From Camelus ferus (lineage: Eukaryota), in contig NC_045697.1 of the NCBI RefSeq assembly GCF_009834535.1, positions 59,336,001 through 59,400,000 on the forward strand: 64,000 nucleotides of DNA, in the 5' to 3' direction. Each line of letters opens with the position of its first letter. Positions within the stretch are counted from its first letter, which is position 1. Under the pieces are notes generated by a model. That model had not been told where the DNA came from, made no database searches, and saw nothing but the letters and a program-made list of their open reading frames with translations. The position numbers and the translations under genes are program-made. This document shows, one piece after another, positions 14,340-27,466 of this stretch.

Positions 14340-15270
14340 ATAATGGAGTGGAGAATATGGGCCCCAAGCTCCCATTTTCAGACTTTGTCTTGAACAGAAG
14401 GAGGCATGTTATATAAGTTGAAGGAATTGCCAAGGCTAAGAGCACTTGCCTTGATTCATTTCTGGAACTCGGGAAGGAGATTGCCTCTCAGATGGCCATA
14501 AAAAACCTAAATGTTGGAACTTAGCATGGTTAGGCTGAAGAAGAGAGGTGGTTTAGCTTTCCTGAGTTGCTTGCCGTACCTTGAGATGTGGTTTGAATCC
14601 CCAGTATTCTTGTATGACCTTGTTCCCAGTGGAACTTCTGAGATGATGTGACTCCACTATAGTGGTTCGAAATTACGGGTGTATTGATTATTTCAGGCTC
14701 TGGATGGAAGATGTAGAAGAGATTCAAGGAGATTCTTAATACCAGCAAGGGCTGGGGTGAGGCCCTGTGAGTCAGAGCTCACCACCAGGCCTTGATGAAG
14801 ACTTGCCAGCTCTATCTATGAAGTCCAGTAGGGGATTCCAGCAGGGAGAGCAGCTGCCAGACAGATAAGAAACTCCCTCAGAGACCAGAGAAGCCAAAGG
14901 GCACAGGACGTGCCAGCACTCCCTCCCTCTGATGTCATGAGAACACTGTAAGACTCCTAATATACCCAAACCCCACTCTGAGAAAGAAAAGAGTAAAGGG
15001 GCAAGAATATAAAGAGGGAACATCTTTCTAAAAAGTCTGAGCAGTGCAAAAAAGACTCCTTAAAACAGTTCTGTGAGGAATTGGGACTTTGAAGTATAAA
15101 GCCAGAACTGTAAAAACCAGAAGAGAGTGAAATACTGTTATTTGGCAGGAGTAAGTTTTCTTTTATATGGGGTGGGCTGCCATAGAAGATTAGGCCAGGT
15201 TTAGAGAACAAAGACACTGTATTTTCTACATATCTCTGAGAACAGTGTGAGAAGATTTAAGAATCCTCCA
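14340..15270 (+). mobile_element. Ancient LTR, possibly Gypsy-type (MamGypLTR/LTR85-like)
   Basis: GC-elevated block ending 'aacaaagacactgtattttctacatatctctgagaacagtgtgagaagatttaagaatcc', resembling ancient mammalian LTR 3' ends; family uncertain. Confidence 0.4.
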
Positions 15271-15382
15271 TATATGATGTTCTGTGCTCATCTGGGTCTC
15301 ATAACCAGAGCAGAGTATTGCTCCTATATAAGACAAACATCCCAAATTGGAAACCTCTGCATTAAAAAAAGAAAATTTATTA

Positions 15383-16031
15383 GTATATTAGGAGTCTATT
15401 GCTTTAGAATGAATGATCATAAGTTTAGCAGCTTAAAACAACATAAATTTATTCCTCCTAGTTCTGTAGGTCAGCAAGCTCAATGGCGTTCTTTGCTTAG
15501 TCTCCCAAGGTGGAAATCAAAGTGTCAGCAGACCTGGGCTCTTATCTGGCTCTGGGGAAGAATCCAATTCTAGCTCATTTATTGTTGGCAGAATCCAGTT
15601 CCTTGTGAACTGTAGGTCAGAGGTCCCAGTTTTCTTCCTGGCTATCAGGCGGGGACTACTCTCTGCTCCTTGAAGCCATCTGCATTCTCTCTCATGTTGT
15701 TCCTTCCATCTTCCAACCAGCAATTGCAAGTCAAGTCTTTATCCTGCTTTGAATCTTTCTGAGTTCCTTTTCTGCTACCAGTTAAAGAAAACTCTGTTTT
15801 TAAAGAATTCATGTAGTTATTCACTGGAATAACCTCCCTTTGGATTAACTCAAAAGTCAGTTAACTAGTAACCATAATTAAATCTGCAAAATCACTTTTG
15901 TCACATAACCTAACATAAATACAGGCATAATATCTCTTCCAGTTCCTAGTCCCAATCCTGTGGATTAGGGTGAGAAATCATGGGGACAGGGAGTGGGGAG
16001 AGGAGAATCATTTTAGGATTCCTCCTAACAC
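15383..16031 (-). mobile_element. MaLR solo LTR (MLT1E-like)
   Basis: 'agcagcttaaaacaacataaatttatt...gttctgtaggtcag', 'ctggctctggggaagaatcc', 'gttggcagaatccagttccttgtgaactgtagg'. Confidence 0.85.
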
Positions 16032-16189
16032 TATCAATTTTCTTGTGTACTTTTTGGTATAACAGCAGGCCCTAATAAGAAAGGTACTATTGGTTAGGAA
16101 AATAATGCTGTTGATAACTGCCATGATCAGTTACTGACTATTGATAGTACTATTAAAGATTCATGAACATTATATATTGCCTATCATGA

Positions 16190-16800
16190 GCAAATATTTA
16201 TTGAATATTACCAACTCTGTTATGTGTGGAAAGCATGCTCAGGCAAAGTGAACACAGTGCCATCCCCTATAAAGCTCATAGACATAAATAGATGATTACA
16301 GAACCATTGATAAATGTTATATATAGCCCATATAACATGTGCTATGGAAAGACAGAATCAAGTGATGTCAGAGAATTCTTTGAGAAAATCATGTTATTTG
16401 CTCAAAGTCTAGAACTTTCCCTCCCAATGATGAAAACAACACAGGCCTACTGCAGAAAAGTGGAAAACATAAAAGAGAATAGAATGATGATCACATACAA
16501 TCCCATCTTCTAGAAAAACCTTTATTTACATTTCAACATATTTCTTTTATGTGTTTCACATATACGTTTCATATGTATTTTACATAGTTGAGGTTGAAAT
16601 TCATATACAGTTTAGTATAGCTCTTTTATATATAAATGAGTAACATTTTTCTGTATCTTAAAAATTTTATAAATATTATTGTTGATTATGTAGTAATATT
16701 TCATCATGTGGATAGACCAAATTTTAATTATCATTTCATCTATTATTTAATTTTTAATTTTTTTGATATTTTATAATTATAAAGAGCTTGAAGTCCACTG
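16190..16800 (-). mobile_element. L2 tail fragment followed by an old L1ME 3' fragment
   Basis: 'caaatatttattgaatatta...atcccctataaagctcatag' (L2), then 'aatatttcatcatgtggatagaccaaatttt' (L1M 3'). Confidence 0.5.
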
Positions 16801-17144
16801 TTTTTTCCACATTATGGTCATAGAATTTGTTCTAGGGCAGAACTGTGGGTATTCATTGGCCATACAGAAAACACGGTAAAAGGAAAACTCACTTTATATA
16901 TATTGAAAACAACTATAAATAATTATAGACTAATTACTAAGATGAATACAATTAATTACTTATGTGAAGGACTATATAGTTTAAAATAGTCAAATAATTT
17001 CTTTTAACTGAAGCAATGAGGATATTGTATCTGAGGATAGTCAAATGACTTTTCTTCAAAATTGTTTTTTTCATACTTCATATTTATGGATTGTATTAGG
17101 TAGGGCTTTTCAGAGAAAAAGAACCAATAGGATGTATGTATATA

Positions 17145-17549
17145 CAGATGGTCCCCAATTTATGATGGTTCAACTTAACAATTTATTTTTTGTTTGTTTG
17201 TTTGTTTGTTTGTTTGTTTGTTTGTTTTTACTATAGTAGTGTGAAAGTGATACGCATTGGGTAGAAACCATTACTTTGAATTTTGAGCTTTGATATTTTC
17301 CCCAGCTTTCAATATGTGGTACGGTACTATCTCATGATGCTGGGCAGTGGCAGGGGCCACAGCTCCCCGTCAGCCATGTGATCTTGAGGGTGATAATTTT
17401 GCCCAATTATAGGCTAATGCAAGTGTTTGGAGCATGTTTAAGGTAGGCTGGGCTAAGCTGTGAAGTTCAGTAAGTTCAGTGTATTAAAATATTTTCAACT
17501 TGTGGTGACTTCATTGGGACTTACCCCATCATAAATTGAGGAAGATTTG
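17145..17549 (-). mobile_element. MER47-like Tigger-derived non-autonomous DNA transposon
   Basis: TIRs cagatggtccccaatttatgatgg / ccatcataaattgaggaagatttg flanked by TA; internal 'gagcatgtttaaggtaggctgggctaagct'. Confidence 0.85.
17190..17226 (+). repeat. (TTTG)n microsatellite
   Basis: Direct reading. Confidence 0.95.
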
Positions 17550-19744
17550 TATGTCTTTATATACGTATGCATATTTTACATATTCGTATGTATAATCTAT
17601 ACATATGTATATATGTGTGTATATATGCAAGAGAGAGAAATAGAGGGATTTTAAAGAATTGCCTTAAGTGATTGTGGAAGCTGGCAAGTCTGAAATCTGC
17701 AGGGTAGGTCTGCAGGCTGAAAACTAAAAGACAAGTTGGAGTTTGAGTCTGCAGGCAGCCTGCTGGTAAAATTCCCTCCCTCTTAAGGGTGATCAGTCTT
17801 TTCCTTAAGGCCTTTAAGTGATTGGGAGAAGCTCACCCAGATTGTAGAGGACAGTTTGCTTTACCCAAATTCTACTGCTTAAAATGCTAGTCTCATCTTA
17901 AATGAAACATCACAGAAACATCTGGAATAAAATACCTAGGTACCATAGCCTAGCTAAATTGGCATGTGAAAATAACCATTATGCAGACTCATTCTCAACT
18001 ATTGGCAACGGATATGGCTGTTAAGGTTTGCATGTGAGTTCCTTGTAATCCAGAATTCAGTAGACTTAATATTTCCTTTCTGGAAGACATTATGACATGA
18101 GATGAAAAAAATCCAAGAACTAGAAGGCATTAGTCATTGTCAATATAGAACTAGTAGTAATAAATAGGACTCATAAGTATCCTTAAAGGGCAAAAATTAT
18201 TTTCTGCTCTTAAGTGTCCTAGTAGGAAGATTAAATATTATTTACTGATTTGATAAAAAATCTATTCAATGAGAACTCTTTGTAGTAATGGTCATTTTAA
18301 TAAATTAAGATTTGAATTAGACAATATTTAAAGGAAACACAGTGTTTTAATTTTGGATGCATGTAATTACTCAAACAGGAGGAAATGAGTAAATGGACTA
18401 GCCTAAATGCTTTTCTGAGTGCAAACCATTGGGGAACTTTCTTTTATGAATAACTAGGGAAACATTGTGATTAATATATTTCCTTGTATAAATTGTAGAG
18501 AAGCTTTCCAAAATTGGTCTTTAACTTGCTTCTTTAAAATAAATTCCTAGCTATTTTGTCTATACCATACATTTATGGAATCTGAAAAGGATTGGATAGA
18601 TTAAGTAAGATAAACTTCAACTTAAGTCCCTTCTAAATTATTGAAAATTCCAAGGGATTGTGAGTTAATAAAATTTATCATGCTTGTGTTAATCTTTGGA
18701 ATGTAAAATTTTTTTCCACAGTGGAATTCTGTGGCTTTGTTGTTTGTCAAATGATTGTTTTATCAAATATAGTAGCAGGAATATTATTGATAAGTAAAAA
18801 GTGATAAATTAGAAAAAGTACATATAATGTGATTTTTGGGAATTTGTTTAGACTTTTAGTCTTATGTATAGGAATATCTTTTAATGTGGGAATAAAAATG
18901 CTTGCTGTAGGCCTATAGGAGTAGGCCATTTTAAACTGGCAGCATTTAGTACCTAGCAGTATTTTTTTTTAATTTTTTTATTGAGTAATGTTATTTTACA
19001 ATGTTGTGTCAAATTCTAGTGTAGAACACAATTTTTCAGTCATACATGAACATGTATATATTCATTGTCACATTTTTTTTTTGCTATGAGCTATCACAAG
19101 ATCTTTAATATTTTTCCCTGTGCTATACAGTATAATCTTGTTTATCTATTCTGCATTTTAAAATCCCAGTCTGTCCCTTCCCACCCCCCGCCCCCGTGGC
19201 AACCACAAGTTCAAATTCTATGTCTATGAGTCTGTTTCCGCTTTGTATTTATGTTTTGTTTTGTTTTGATTCCTCATATAAGCAATCTTATATGGTATTT
19301 TTCTTTCTCTTTCTGGCTTACTTAGAATGACATTCTCCAGGAACATCCATGTTGCTGCAAATGGCGTTATGTTGTCAGTTTTTGTGGCTGAATAGTATTC
19401 CATTGTATAAATATACCACATCTTCTTTATTCAGTCATCTGTTGATGGACATCTAGGCTGCTTCATGTCTTGGCTATTGTAAATAGTGCTGCTATGAACA
19501 TTGGGGTGCAGGTGTCATTTTGAAGTAGGGTTCCTTCTGGATATATGCCTAGGAGTGGGATTCCTGGGTCATATGGTAAGTCTATTCCTAGTCTTTGAGG
19601 AATCTCCATACTGTTTTCCACAATGGCTTTCCTTGCTTCCCTCTCCCACTCTTAATGATTTAGATGTCTTCTTTTACAATTTTGTGTTTATTCTTTTTGT
19701 AATTCATGGCAGTTATCTCCTTTCCAGTTATGAGTTTCTCATTT

Positions 19745-20646
19745 TTGTAGCATCCTGCTTCTTTTCTATTTAGAGTAGACCTGACAATATTTCTTTTAGC
19801 ATGGGTTTAGTGTTGCTAAACTCTTAGTTTTTGTTTGTCTGTGAAGTTCTTTATCCCTCCTTCTATTCTAAAGGATAGCTGCATCTTTTTTTCATTCAGG
19901 ACATTGAATATATCTTGCCACTCCCTTCTGGCCTGTAGTGTTTGTGTAGAGAAGTCAGCTGAAAGCCTTATGGGGGTTGCCTTGTAACTCACTCTTTGTT
20001 TTTCTCTTGCTGCCTATAGGATCACTTCTTTATCCTTGACTCTGGCCATCTTGATTATGATACGTCTTGGTATGGATCTGTTTGAGTTCTTCCTGTGTGG
20101 GACCCTCTGAGCCTCCTGTACTTGGATATCTGATTCCTTCTTTAGGTTTGGGAAGTTTTCAGTCATGATTTCTTCAAAGACCTTTTCAATCCCCTTTGTT
20201 CTTTCTTCCCCTTCTGGAACCCTTATTATGCATAGATTGGCATGCTTTATATTATCCCATAGGTCCCTTACATTGTTTTCATTGATTTTTATTTGTTTTT
20301 CTGTCAGCCGTTCTGATTGGGTGCTTTCTGTTGTCCTGTCTTCTAGGTCACTTATTCATTCCTCTGCATTATCTAGCCTGCTTTGTACAGCCTTTAGGTC
20401 AGCTCTCATCTCAACCAATGAGTTTTCTAATTCTACTTGGTTCTTCTTTATAGCTTCTATTTCATTTTTGACATATTTTATATCTCTAAACACTATTTCT
20501 TTTAGTTCCTTCAGTACTTTGATCACTTCTTTTTTGAAATCTTGATCTAGTAGGCCATCAATGTCTATTTCCTTGATCATGCTTTCAGGGGATTTCTCTT
20601 GATCTTTTAATTCGGAGTGGTTTCTCTGCTTCTTCATATTGCTCAT
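19745..20646 (-). pseudogene. L1 ORF1p, disrupted
   Basis: MSNMKKQRNHSELKDQEKSPE..., coiled-coil, then past a TGA at 20356 continues ISDLEDR...RDLWDNIKHANLCIIRVPEGEE...ENFPNL...PIRLSADFS; further stops and a deletion. Confidence 0.9.
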
Positions 20647-21970
20647 ATCTCTCTGGCACTGTGGCTTAAGGAGTATCAGTTGTCTAGTTCTCCTGGAGAT
20701 GGTGAGCTCTTAATGATTTTATAGAGAGGTCTTTGTGTCTTCATCCTGTTTCACGAATTCAGCTTGCTGTTTCCAGAGGCCCTCTGTTGGCGCCCTTGTC
20801 TGTGCTGCTCCCAGTGGCTGTCAGCTAGCAGATCGTGCCCCCTCCTAACAATGGGTCAGAAGCTGAGCTCTTACCCAGTGGGCGGGCAGGTCAGTCCCCC
20901 TCCTGATGCCGCAGTCAGATGCTGCATTGGGAGGAAGCAGTTGGGCAGATTGCGCCCTCTCCCAGCACCATAGTCAGGTGCTGCATTCCTGCCAGGAAGT
21001 GGGGTGGTTGCCCGCCCTCTCCTGGCGCTGGTCAATCCACTGCTCTGTGCAGCTGCCCACTCTGCCTCGGGGTCGATGCTCTGAAGGCGGGCTCAGGGAA
21101 GACCATGGATTGGCTCTGCCCCTACTCCGTGCCAAATCTCAGCTCCTTGTTTGTCTTGGCGGCTCAAGTTTCCTGAGGTGCCAGGGCAGAAAGATTCTAT
21201 CTGCCTCGGGCTGTGAACAAGTCTCAGTCCTGCCTAGGAGGTTGCAGAGCCCCCCAGGTCTCGGCCCCATTCCTGCCCGGGTGCTGTGCACAGGAGGAGA
21301 TGACGGCTGTGGCTGAGCCCCGCCTCTCTTCTTGTAAGATGCACCAGTAATGGCAGCGCAGGTCTGAGGAGACAAAGGCTATGCCCCCCCCCCCAGGGCA
21401 CACCAGCCATGTTGCTTTGCTTTTTTCGCAATTTATGGGGGACCAAGGTTATTCTGCTCTGTATCCCCTCCCAGCCACGGTGTGCAGCACCCTGCATTCC
21501 CCCAGGGCTGCCTCAGTGCAGCCACCCCAGTCCTCTGCCTGGCTCAGGTGGCCTGTCCTGGCCCCAGCTGCCAACTTGCGTCTCGGGCTGGGTGTCGCAG
21601 GTACACTTTGTGTCCGTTTAACTCAGTTCTGTAGGTTAAGGGGTGCTTGGGGCAGATCTGAGCCTCAGAGGCTCCCCCCCCCCGTCCCACTGGCCTCTCT
21701 GTTGGAGAGGGGGTACCCAGTGAATGAGCACCAGTCCTCTTTTGCTGCTCCCTCCCCGTGGGATCGGTCCCACACTGTTTTGCTTTTTCTTCTTTTTCCT
21801 TTTTCTCCTCCCAGATTTTTGGCGTCTTTGTCTTTCGAAGAGGGAGATGTTCTGTCGGAGTTCGGCAGGTGCTCTGGTTGGCTGAGAGGTCCATAGATGT
21901 GAGTTTTGGTGTATTTGTGGGAGACGGGTTACGAGTGTCCTTCTATTCTGCCATCTTGCTTCTCTCTCTC
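20647..21970 (-). promoter_or_regulatory. GC/CpG-rich L1 5' UTR with internal promoter and a YY1-type motif at the 5' end
   Basis: The only CpG-rich block in the window; AAGATGGC within the first ~20 nt of the element. Confidence 0.75.
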
Positions 21971-23569
21971 GTACCTAGCAGTATTAATTGAAATGGATCT
22001 TCAATGAATTTCCTCCAGGTGAAAAAAACTGCATATTTTGATTCTTATGAGGGATACTAAGCTAACCATATCAGGGAGTGAACTTCAAAATCAGTAATGG
22101 AATTATTGGTTTCCTGACCTAGCTGACAATTTCTACCTTTACTAGTACTTTTTAGTCCTCTGTTTAGTCAGATAATTCTAAATTGTATGGCCTTTATGTA
22201 AGGAAGGTAATAAAGGGTTAGTATATAGAATACAAATCCTATCAGCCATGTAAAATGTCCAGGTACTTCAATTCTAAGTAATATTTAAAAGAAGTTGTTT
22301 GATTACATAAGACTAAGGATTAAAACCTACCAGAGTGGTAGGTTTAATTTAGTATTGTCACTATTCTGTCAGTTTTGAGGTTTTGAAAACTACAAATGAA
22401 TAATACATTATACATTAATCCTAAAGATTATTAGTTCTTTTTAATTGCTTTTGGGTTTACATTCCAGAACAATGTTAATATTTTTCCAAGTGAAGCCAAG
22501 AGGAAATTAGCATTTATGTTTTATTCTTTTTTCCCCCCAAATTATAAATGTTTTTCTGACCTTTAAATACTAATGAAGGGAAATAAAATGAACATAAAAT
22601 ATTTGTCTTAATTGTTTTGTGTTTTGTTGCCTAATTATGAATCTTCCCTTAATAGCTTAATTAGTCCCAGTGTCATTGTAGGGGAAAAAATATCAAGTGG
22701 CCACTGAAGGGACACTTTTGGGGGTTTCAAAACAATTTCTAAAAGCAAAAGAGAATCAAATAGGCAGCATCATTTATTAATATAGATAACTTGACTGAAT
22801 TACTAATAATGCAGCAGTTACTATTTTTATATCAATGTCTTGGGGAAAGAGGGAACTGTTTTCATACCATTCTTGTAATGAATAAGGCTACTTTTTCTGA
22901 GGCTGGTGGTTCCTCTAGAGAGATTGTGATTTGGCAAAGTATATTATACTTTTTGAGATTTATTTTACTGTAAATGATTAATATCCTTTTCAAGGACTGG
23001 GGATATCAGGGTGAGTTCTTTATCTGCACAGTTTTATATAAATACACATTTACAAATAAGACCTTAAAATTATCTCTAATTAGTGAATCTTGGAATTTTT
23101 AATGTAATACAAGGATATGTACTTAGGGTATTCTGCCATTGCTTTAAAAACTGCTTTTCTTCTATAAAGTGAGAAAATACATCAAATATTTTAGAAAATA
23201 CTTTACATATATAATATCTAACTGGTGGAGTGCTGAATGGTGGAAAGGTACTACCTGCACAGAAGCTATAACTTCTTGATTTATTTAGTCAACAGTATGA
23301 ACAGAAATGAGGTGACTAAAAACAACAGACAAGAATGAAACATGTTAGTATGGCTTTCCCTTTGTCCTTTGGCACCTGTTGGGCACACAGATGCTTTCTG
23401 TATAGGAAGGACTCCGCCAGATTGAGAAGGAAGTCAAAAGCAGCTTTGTCTATTCTCTTTTATTCTCAGATTTAAGCTAGCATTCATGAAGAAACTATAT
23501 CTTCATTTCTCTATTTAATGACAACAGTTATAATATTATGACTATGGCTACAAATATACATCCTAATCT

Positions 23570-23800
23570 TCCTAATGATAATGGTAACATTTTACATTTA
23601 CTATGTTCCAGGCACAGTTCATCAGGCTGAACACATACATGTTACCTTATTTGATTGTGAGAACAGTCTCATAGTTAAGTGCTGTTATTTTTCTCTTTTC
23701 ATGCATAGGGAACAAAGGCACTGAAAGTTTAAGTAAATTGCAAATAGTAACTCAGTTTAAGTGGCCAGTTGGAAATACTGGACTTCTGAAAATTTATGAG
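23570..23800 (-). mobile_element. MIR SINE
   Basis: 'tttactatgttccaggcacagttc...gggaacaaaggcactgaaagtttaagtaaattgc'. Confidence 0.75.
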
Positions 23801-24015
23801 TTAACCTTAATAATCCCTATAACATCTGATTTTGTAGCTCAGAGAGAGACCTATCTCATTAAAAGTTCTTCCAGCAGCAGCATTCCTTTTATCCCTTCCC
23901 ACTTTCTTTTCAACCATAGCCCACTTCTTCACCTTAATCTCCAACACATTTTCCCTGTTATTTGCTTTTATCATGTAAAATGTGATATGTACAGAGCAAC
24001 AGTGGTAATACTTAT

Positions 24016-24138
24016 TGTGGTGATCAATTTTGTGTCGAGTTGATTCAGCCATAGTACACAGATATTTGATTCAAGATGTTTCTATGAAGGTATTTTTTGG
24101 ATGGAGTGAACATTTAAATCAGTAGACTCCGAGTGAAG
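24016..24138 (+). mobile_element. MLT2-like LTR 5' fragment
   Basis: 'tgtggtgatcaattttgtgtcgagttgattcagccatagta...aacatttaaatcagtagact'. Confidence 0.75.
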
Positions 24139-24139
24139 T

Positions 24140-24690
24140 GTTGTTTTGTTTTGCTTAGTGCTCATAATTTTAGTTGTCTAAAAGTTATTTTCAAACCCCA
24201 AATTGTGCTTTAATAATTCATGTATGCTGTCAAAAGTAGTTGTAGTTTATTTTCACTTCTCTATAATATACCACAAGTGAACACACTCTAATTTTTAACT
24301 TATTCTCTTGTTTTTTAGACATTAACAAAATTTTGTGCAGATCTTACACATCTTCTATTGGAAAAATTCCTAGGTACCTTTTCAGCTGCTAATATACCAA
24401 GTGTATTTTAAAACAAATATGTGTTCTGTGTGTTGTTAATATTATAGGAGTGTAATTGATTTTTAAAATATCAATTTTTTTTATCTTGCTACCTTGCCAA
24501 AGTCTATGCTTATTTATAATAATTAGATTCTAGAGTATTTTGACTTTTCCATGCAGGCAAGACAGTCAAGTCATCACAAAGAAACAAAACAAAGCAAAAT
24601 TTTTATAGTTTTCCAATCCTATGTCTTTATTATTTTTCTTGTCTTAAAAAATGTTAAGAAATTTTAGAACTATTTAGGCTAGAAAGAGAC
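24140..24690 (-). mobile_element. Old L1M fragments
   Basis: 'attcctaggtacctttt', 'gtaattgatttt...ttatcttgctaccttgccaaa', 'tttccaatcctatgtcttt'. Confidence 0.6.
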
Positions 24691-25985
24691 TTCACCATAA
24701 GCAATATATCCAGATTCTGACCTCATCTCTCCAATTGCCTAGTACCAACCTAGTCTAAGACATCTTTACTTCTTGCAGGGATTACTTTAATTGCTTCCTT
24801 GCAGTTTATTGATGTTACTTTTGCTCCTACTGCATTACCCACGGTCTATCCTCAGTAGCACAGCCATATGGTTTCACAACCCTCTAATGGTTTTACATTT
24901 AGCATAGAGTAAAAGCCAAGTCATTACAAGACAAATCCCCCTTCCCTTAATCTGCTTGCCCCCAGCTTTTCTCCATTCCGCTTGGTCTTGCCACTTGCAG
25001 CAGACATTGTCGATTCTCTACCTCATATCATATAAACCTACCTTTGAGTTCACTTATAGCTATGACAATGAGTTTTCAAATGTCCACAAGCACTGTCCCG
25101 CATCAAATAGTATGTCTCTTGACTCTTGCTTCTTTGCCCAAGGGCAGACTGTCAGCACAGAAGCTTGCCGAGCCCACTGTAGGGCAGCCCAGAAGTGCTG
25201 GAGATGTGATGCTGCAAGGGTATCCCTCAGCCTGTGAGGAATGGGACCTAGTGGATGCATACTTTTGCTTCCTTCTCTTTTGTTGAGGAATTCTGAGATG
25301 CCATGAACATGCACCTTGTTAGTCCTGAGCAAGTCTGAGACTCAGCTCACCTTTTAACAGCCATTCTTCTTTCTCTGCCTTAGATTTCTCCCACTCTTTT
25401 GCATGCTTCTCGGGATCACCTCTTGAATAAACTGTAAGTATCCAAATCCTTGATGATTAATCAATTTCTTATGATTAACTTCAGGAAAACCCAGTCTAGC
25501 GTAACACTTTAGCCATGCTGGCTTCTGCTGTTTCTCAAACATAAAATCATGTTACTGCCCTAGCACAGTTTCACTGCCAAGAATCCTTCCAGGTATCTGT
25601 TTGGTCTCCTTCATACCTTTTGTATGATTCCTAAATAACTTCTTCTCAAAGAGGCTTAACATGACTACCTATTTAATGCTACGACCTGTATTGCCCCTGA
25701 CTCTTACACCCCTGATTTACTTTCATCTGTTTTACTTTTTATTTTATCATATTTCAGATTCTAACATTTTTTATCATATATAATTAACATTTATAAATAT
25801 TTATCATATTTCAAATTCCAACATCCTTTGTTAAGTGTATTTGTTACTTGTTCTCTATTATTTCTTACTTGAAATCAGGGATCTTTGTTTTATTTCACTT
25901 GTGTATCACAAATGCCAGAGAGTGCGTGGTATAGGTTTAATTAACATGTTTTCAGTAAGTGAATGAATGAATAAATGAATCCGTG
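24690..25985 (+). mobile_element. L2 3' part interrupted by an ERVL-type LTR (~25000-25505)
   Basis: L2 'agcatagagtaaaagccaagtc' and tail 'gaatgaatgaataaatgaat'; LTR end 'gggatcacctcttgaataaact...ttcaggaaaacccagtctagcgtaaca'. Confidence 0.65.
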
Positions 25986-25989
25986 AACA

Positions 25990-26760
25990 TTTTTGTCTTA
26001 TTTGTAATGTCAAAGTAAAACATTTCAAAGTTTCTCCATTAAAAATATTTTACTGTAAGGTTTTGGTAACAAATCTTTATCAGCTTAAGGAATTTCATTT
26101 CTAACTATGCTTTAAATCAGGGACTGTAATTTTTCTCTCTTTACTATCTTTGTCTAATTTTGCTTTAATGAAATGAGCAGAGAATGGTCACATTTTTTAA
26201 CTGTCTCGGAGATGTTTTATAATGATGGAAGGACTTTTTTTTTTTTAGGGTTTGGTAGAACTCTCTCCTCAGACTGTATGATCTTGCAGGTTATTATCTT
26301 TGTGTGTGTGTGTGTGAATATACGTAACAATTGCTTTTATAATTATTAGAAGACTATAGAGTGTTAAGTTAATCTTGCTGTTTTAATTTTATAAGAACTG
26401 CTTATTGCATGTAAGTATTCAAATGAAATGGCATAAAATTGTTAATCTTATTTTATTATCTTTGTATTCTCTGTTGCATCTTTATCTATGTCCTCTTTTG
26501 TTTTCCTTATTTATTTATTTCCTTACTATTTATTGAGTACTTCTCTATTTTCCTTATCAGACTTTCCTGAATTCTGTCTATCATATTATTTCTTCCATTA
26601 TTATACTTTTTGGCTTTATTTTATCTTGGCTTCTAGAACTTTTATTTCTATTTTTATCTTTACTATCTTCTTCTTTCCACTTTCTTTACATTTACTCTGT
26701 TCTTTCTCTACCATGTAAACTTGGATACTTATTTCATTAATTTTATATCTTTTTCTTTTG
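25990..26760 (-). mobile_element. Old L1M ORF2 fragments
   Basis: 'tttctccattaaaaat', 'ctttatcagcttaaggaatttc', 'tttggtagaactct', T-rich L1 antisense composition. Confidence 0.6.
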
Positions 26761-26920
26761 AAATATAACCACATAAAGCCATAAATTGGTATTGATTTAA
26801 TCGTAACCCACAAGTCCACTCCTCCCCCAACTCTCCCAAGAGAACTGAAAAATGTTTTATTTTTAGAATTTCAAAATAGCTTTAATAAATTCAGTGAGAT
26901 TTTAAAAATATTTTTTCTAC

Positions 26921-26962
26921 ACCAGAAATAACACAACATTGTAAACTGACTATACTTCAATA
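26921..26962 (+). mobile_element. Extremely 5'-truncated L1 (~42 bp)
   Basis: 'accagaaataacacaacattgtaaactgactatacttcaata' matches the L1 3' tip seen at 57205-57245; TSD aaaaatattttt(t)ctac on both sides. Confidence 0.85.
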
Positions 26963-27466
26963 AAAAATATTTTTCTACTATGTACTGTGTCCTATAATAA
27001 AGAAGTTGAATAATTCATAATCCTAACTCCAAGTCCACTGTGCTTATATTCTATTGAGAAGAGACATATAAAGCACACAGTTTAGGTGTGGCATAGGTGC
27101 TGCAGTTCAGGGGATAAAAGGTAGTATGGAAGTACATTTAAAAGTTAATGTCCTTTCCAAAGCAAGCAATGGAAATTACTTCAATTACTGAGGAAATATC
27201 TTGAAATGCTTCAGATGTGGTCTTTAAAATGGAAACCAAAATTGCTACTTTTGCATCATGATGAATTTTGATGTCTAGGGGACAAGAGGAATTCCTCACA
27301 GTTACTTCATAAGTTTTGATATATAATGTTGTCTGAATCATATAGTTGTAAGTATTTTAGTTTCCACTATGATTTCTTTGACTCAAGGATTATTTAGTCA
27401 TGAATTTCTTATTTTGCAAATGTATGAAGATTAAAAAATTATATTTTATTGTTACTAATACCTAAT

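Larger units (their letters stand above)
17092..17984 (-). mobile_element. ERVL solo LTR (MLT2-like), interrupted by MER47
   Basis: 'tgtattaggtagggcttttcagagaaaaagaaccaatagga' ... 'gattgtggaagctggcaagtctgaaatctgcagg' ... 'atgtgaaaataaccattatgca'. Confidence 0.85.
18964..21970 (-). mobile_element. Young L1 with 5' UTR, ORF1 and 3' end but ORF2 almost wholly deleted (half-L1-like), 3007 bp
   Basis: Perfect TSD GTACCTAGCAGTATT at 18949-18963 and 21971-21985; 5' end GAGAGAGAGAAGCAAGATGGC; ORF1 from 20646; ORF2 C-terminal MWYIYTMEYYSA at 19421; junction at about 19627; poly(A) remnant from 18964. Confidence 0.95.

Noticed and set aside
20165..20545. 126-aa + strand ORF
   Set aside because: Antisense shadow of L1 ORF1.
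20764..21991. Cluster of overlapping ORFs up to 171 aa
   Set aside because: Explained by stop-codon scarcity in the GC-rich L1 5' UTR; no recognisable protein.
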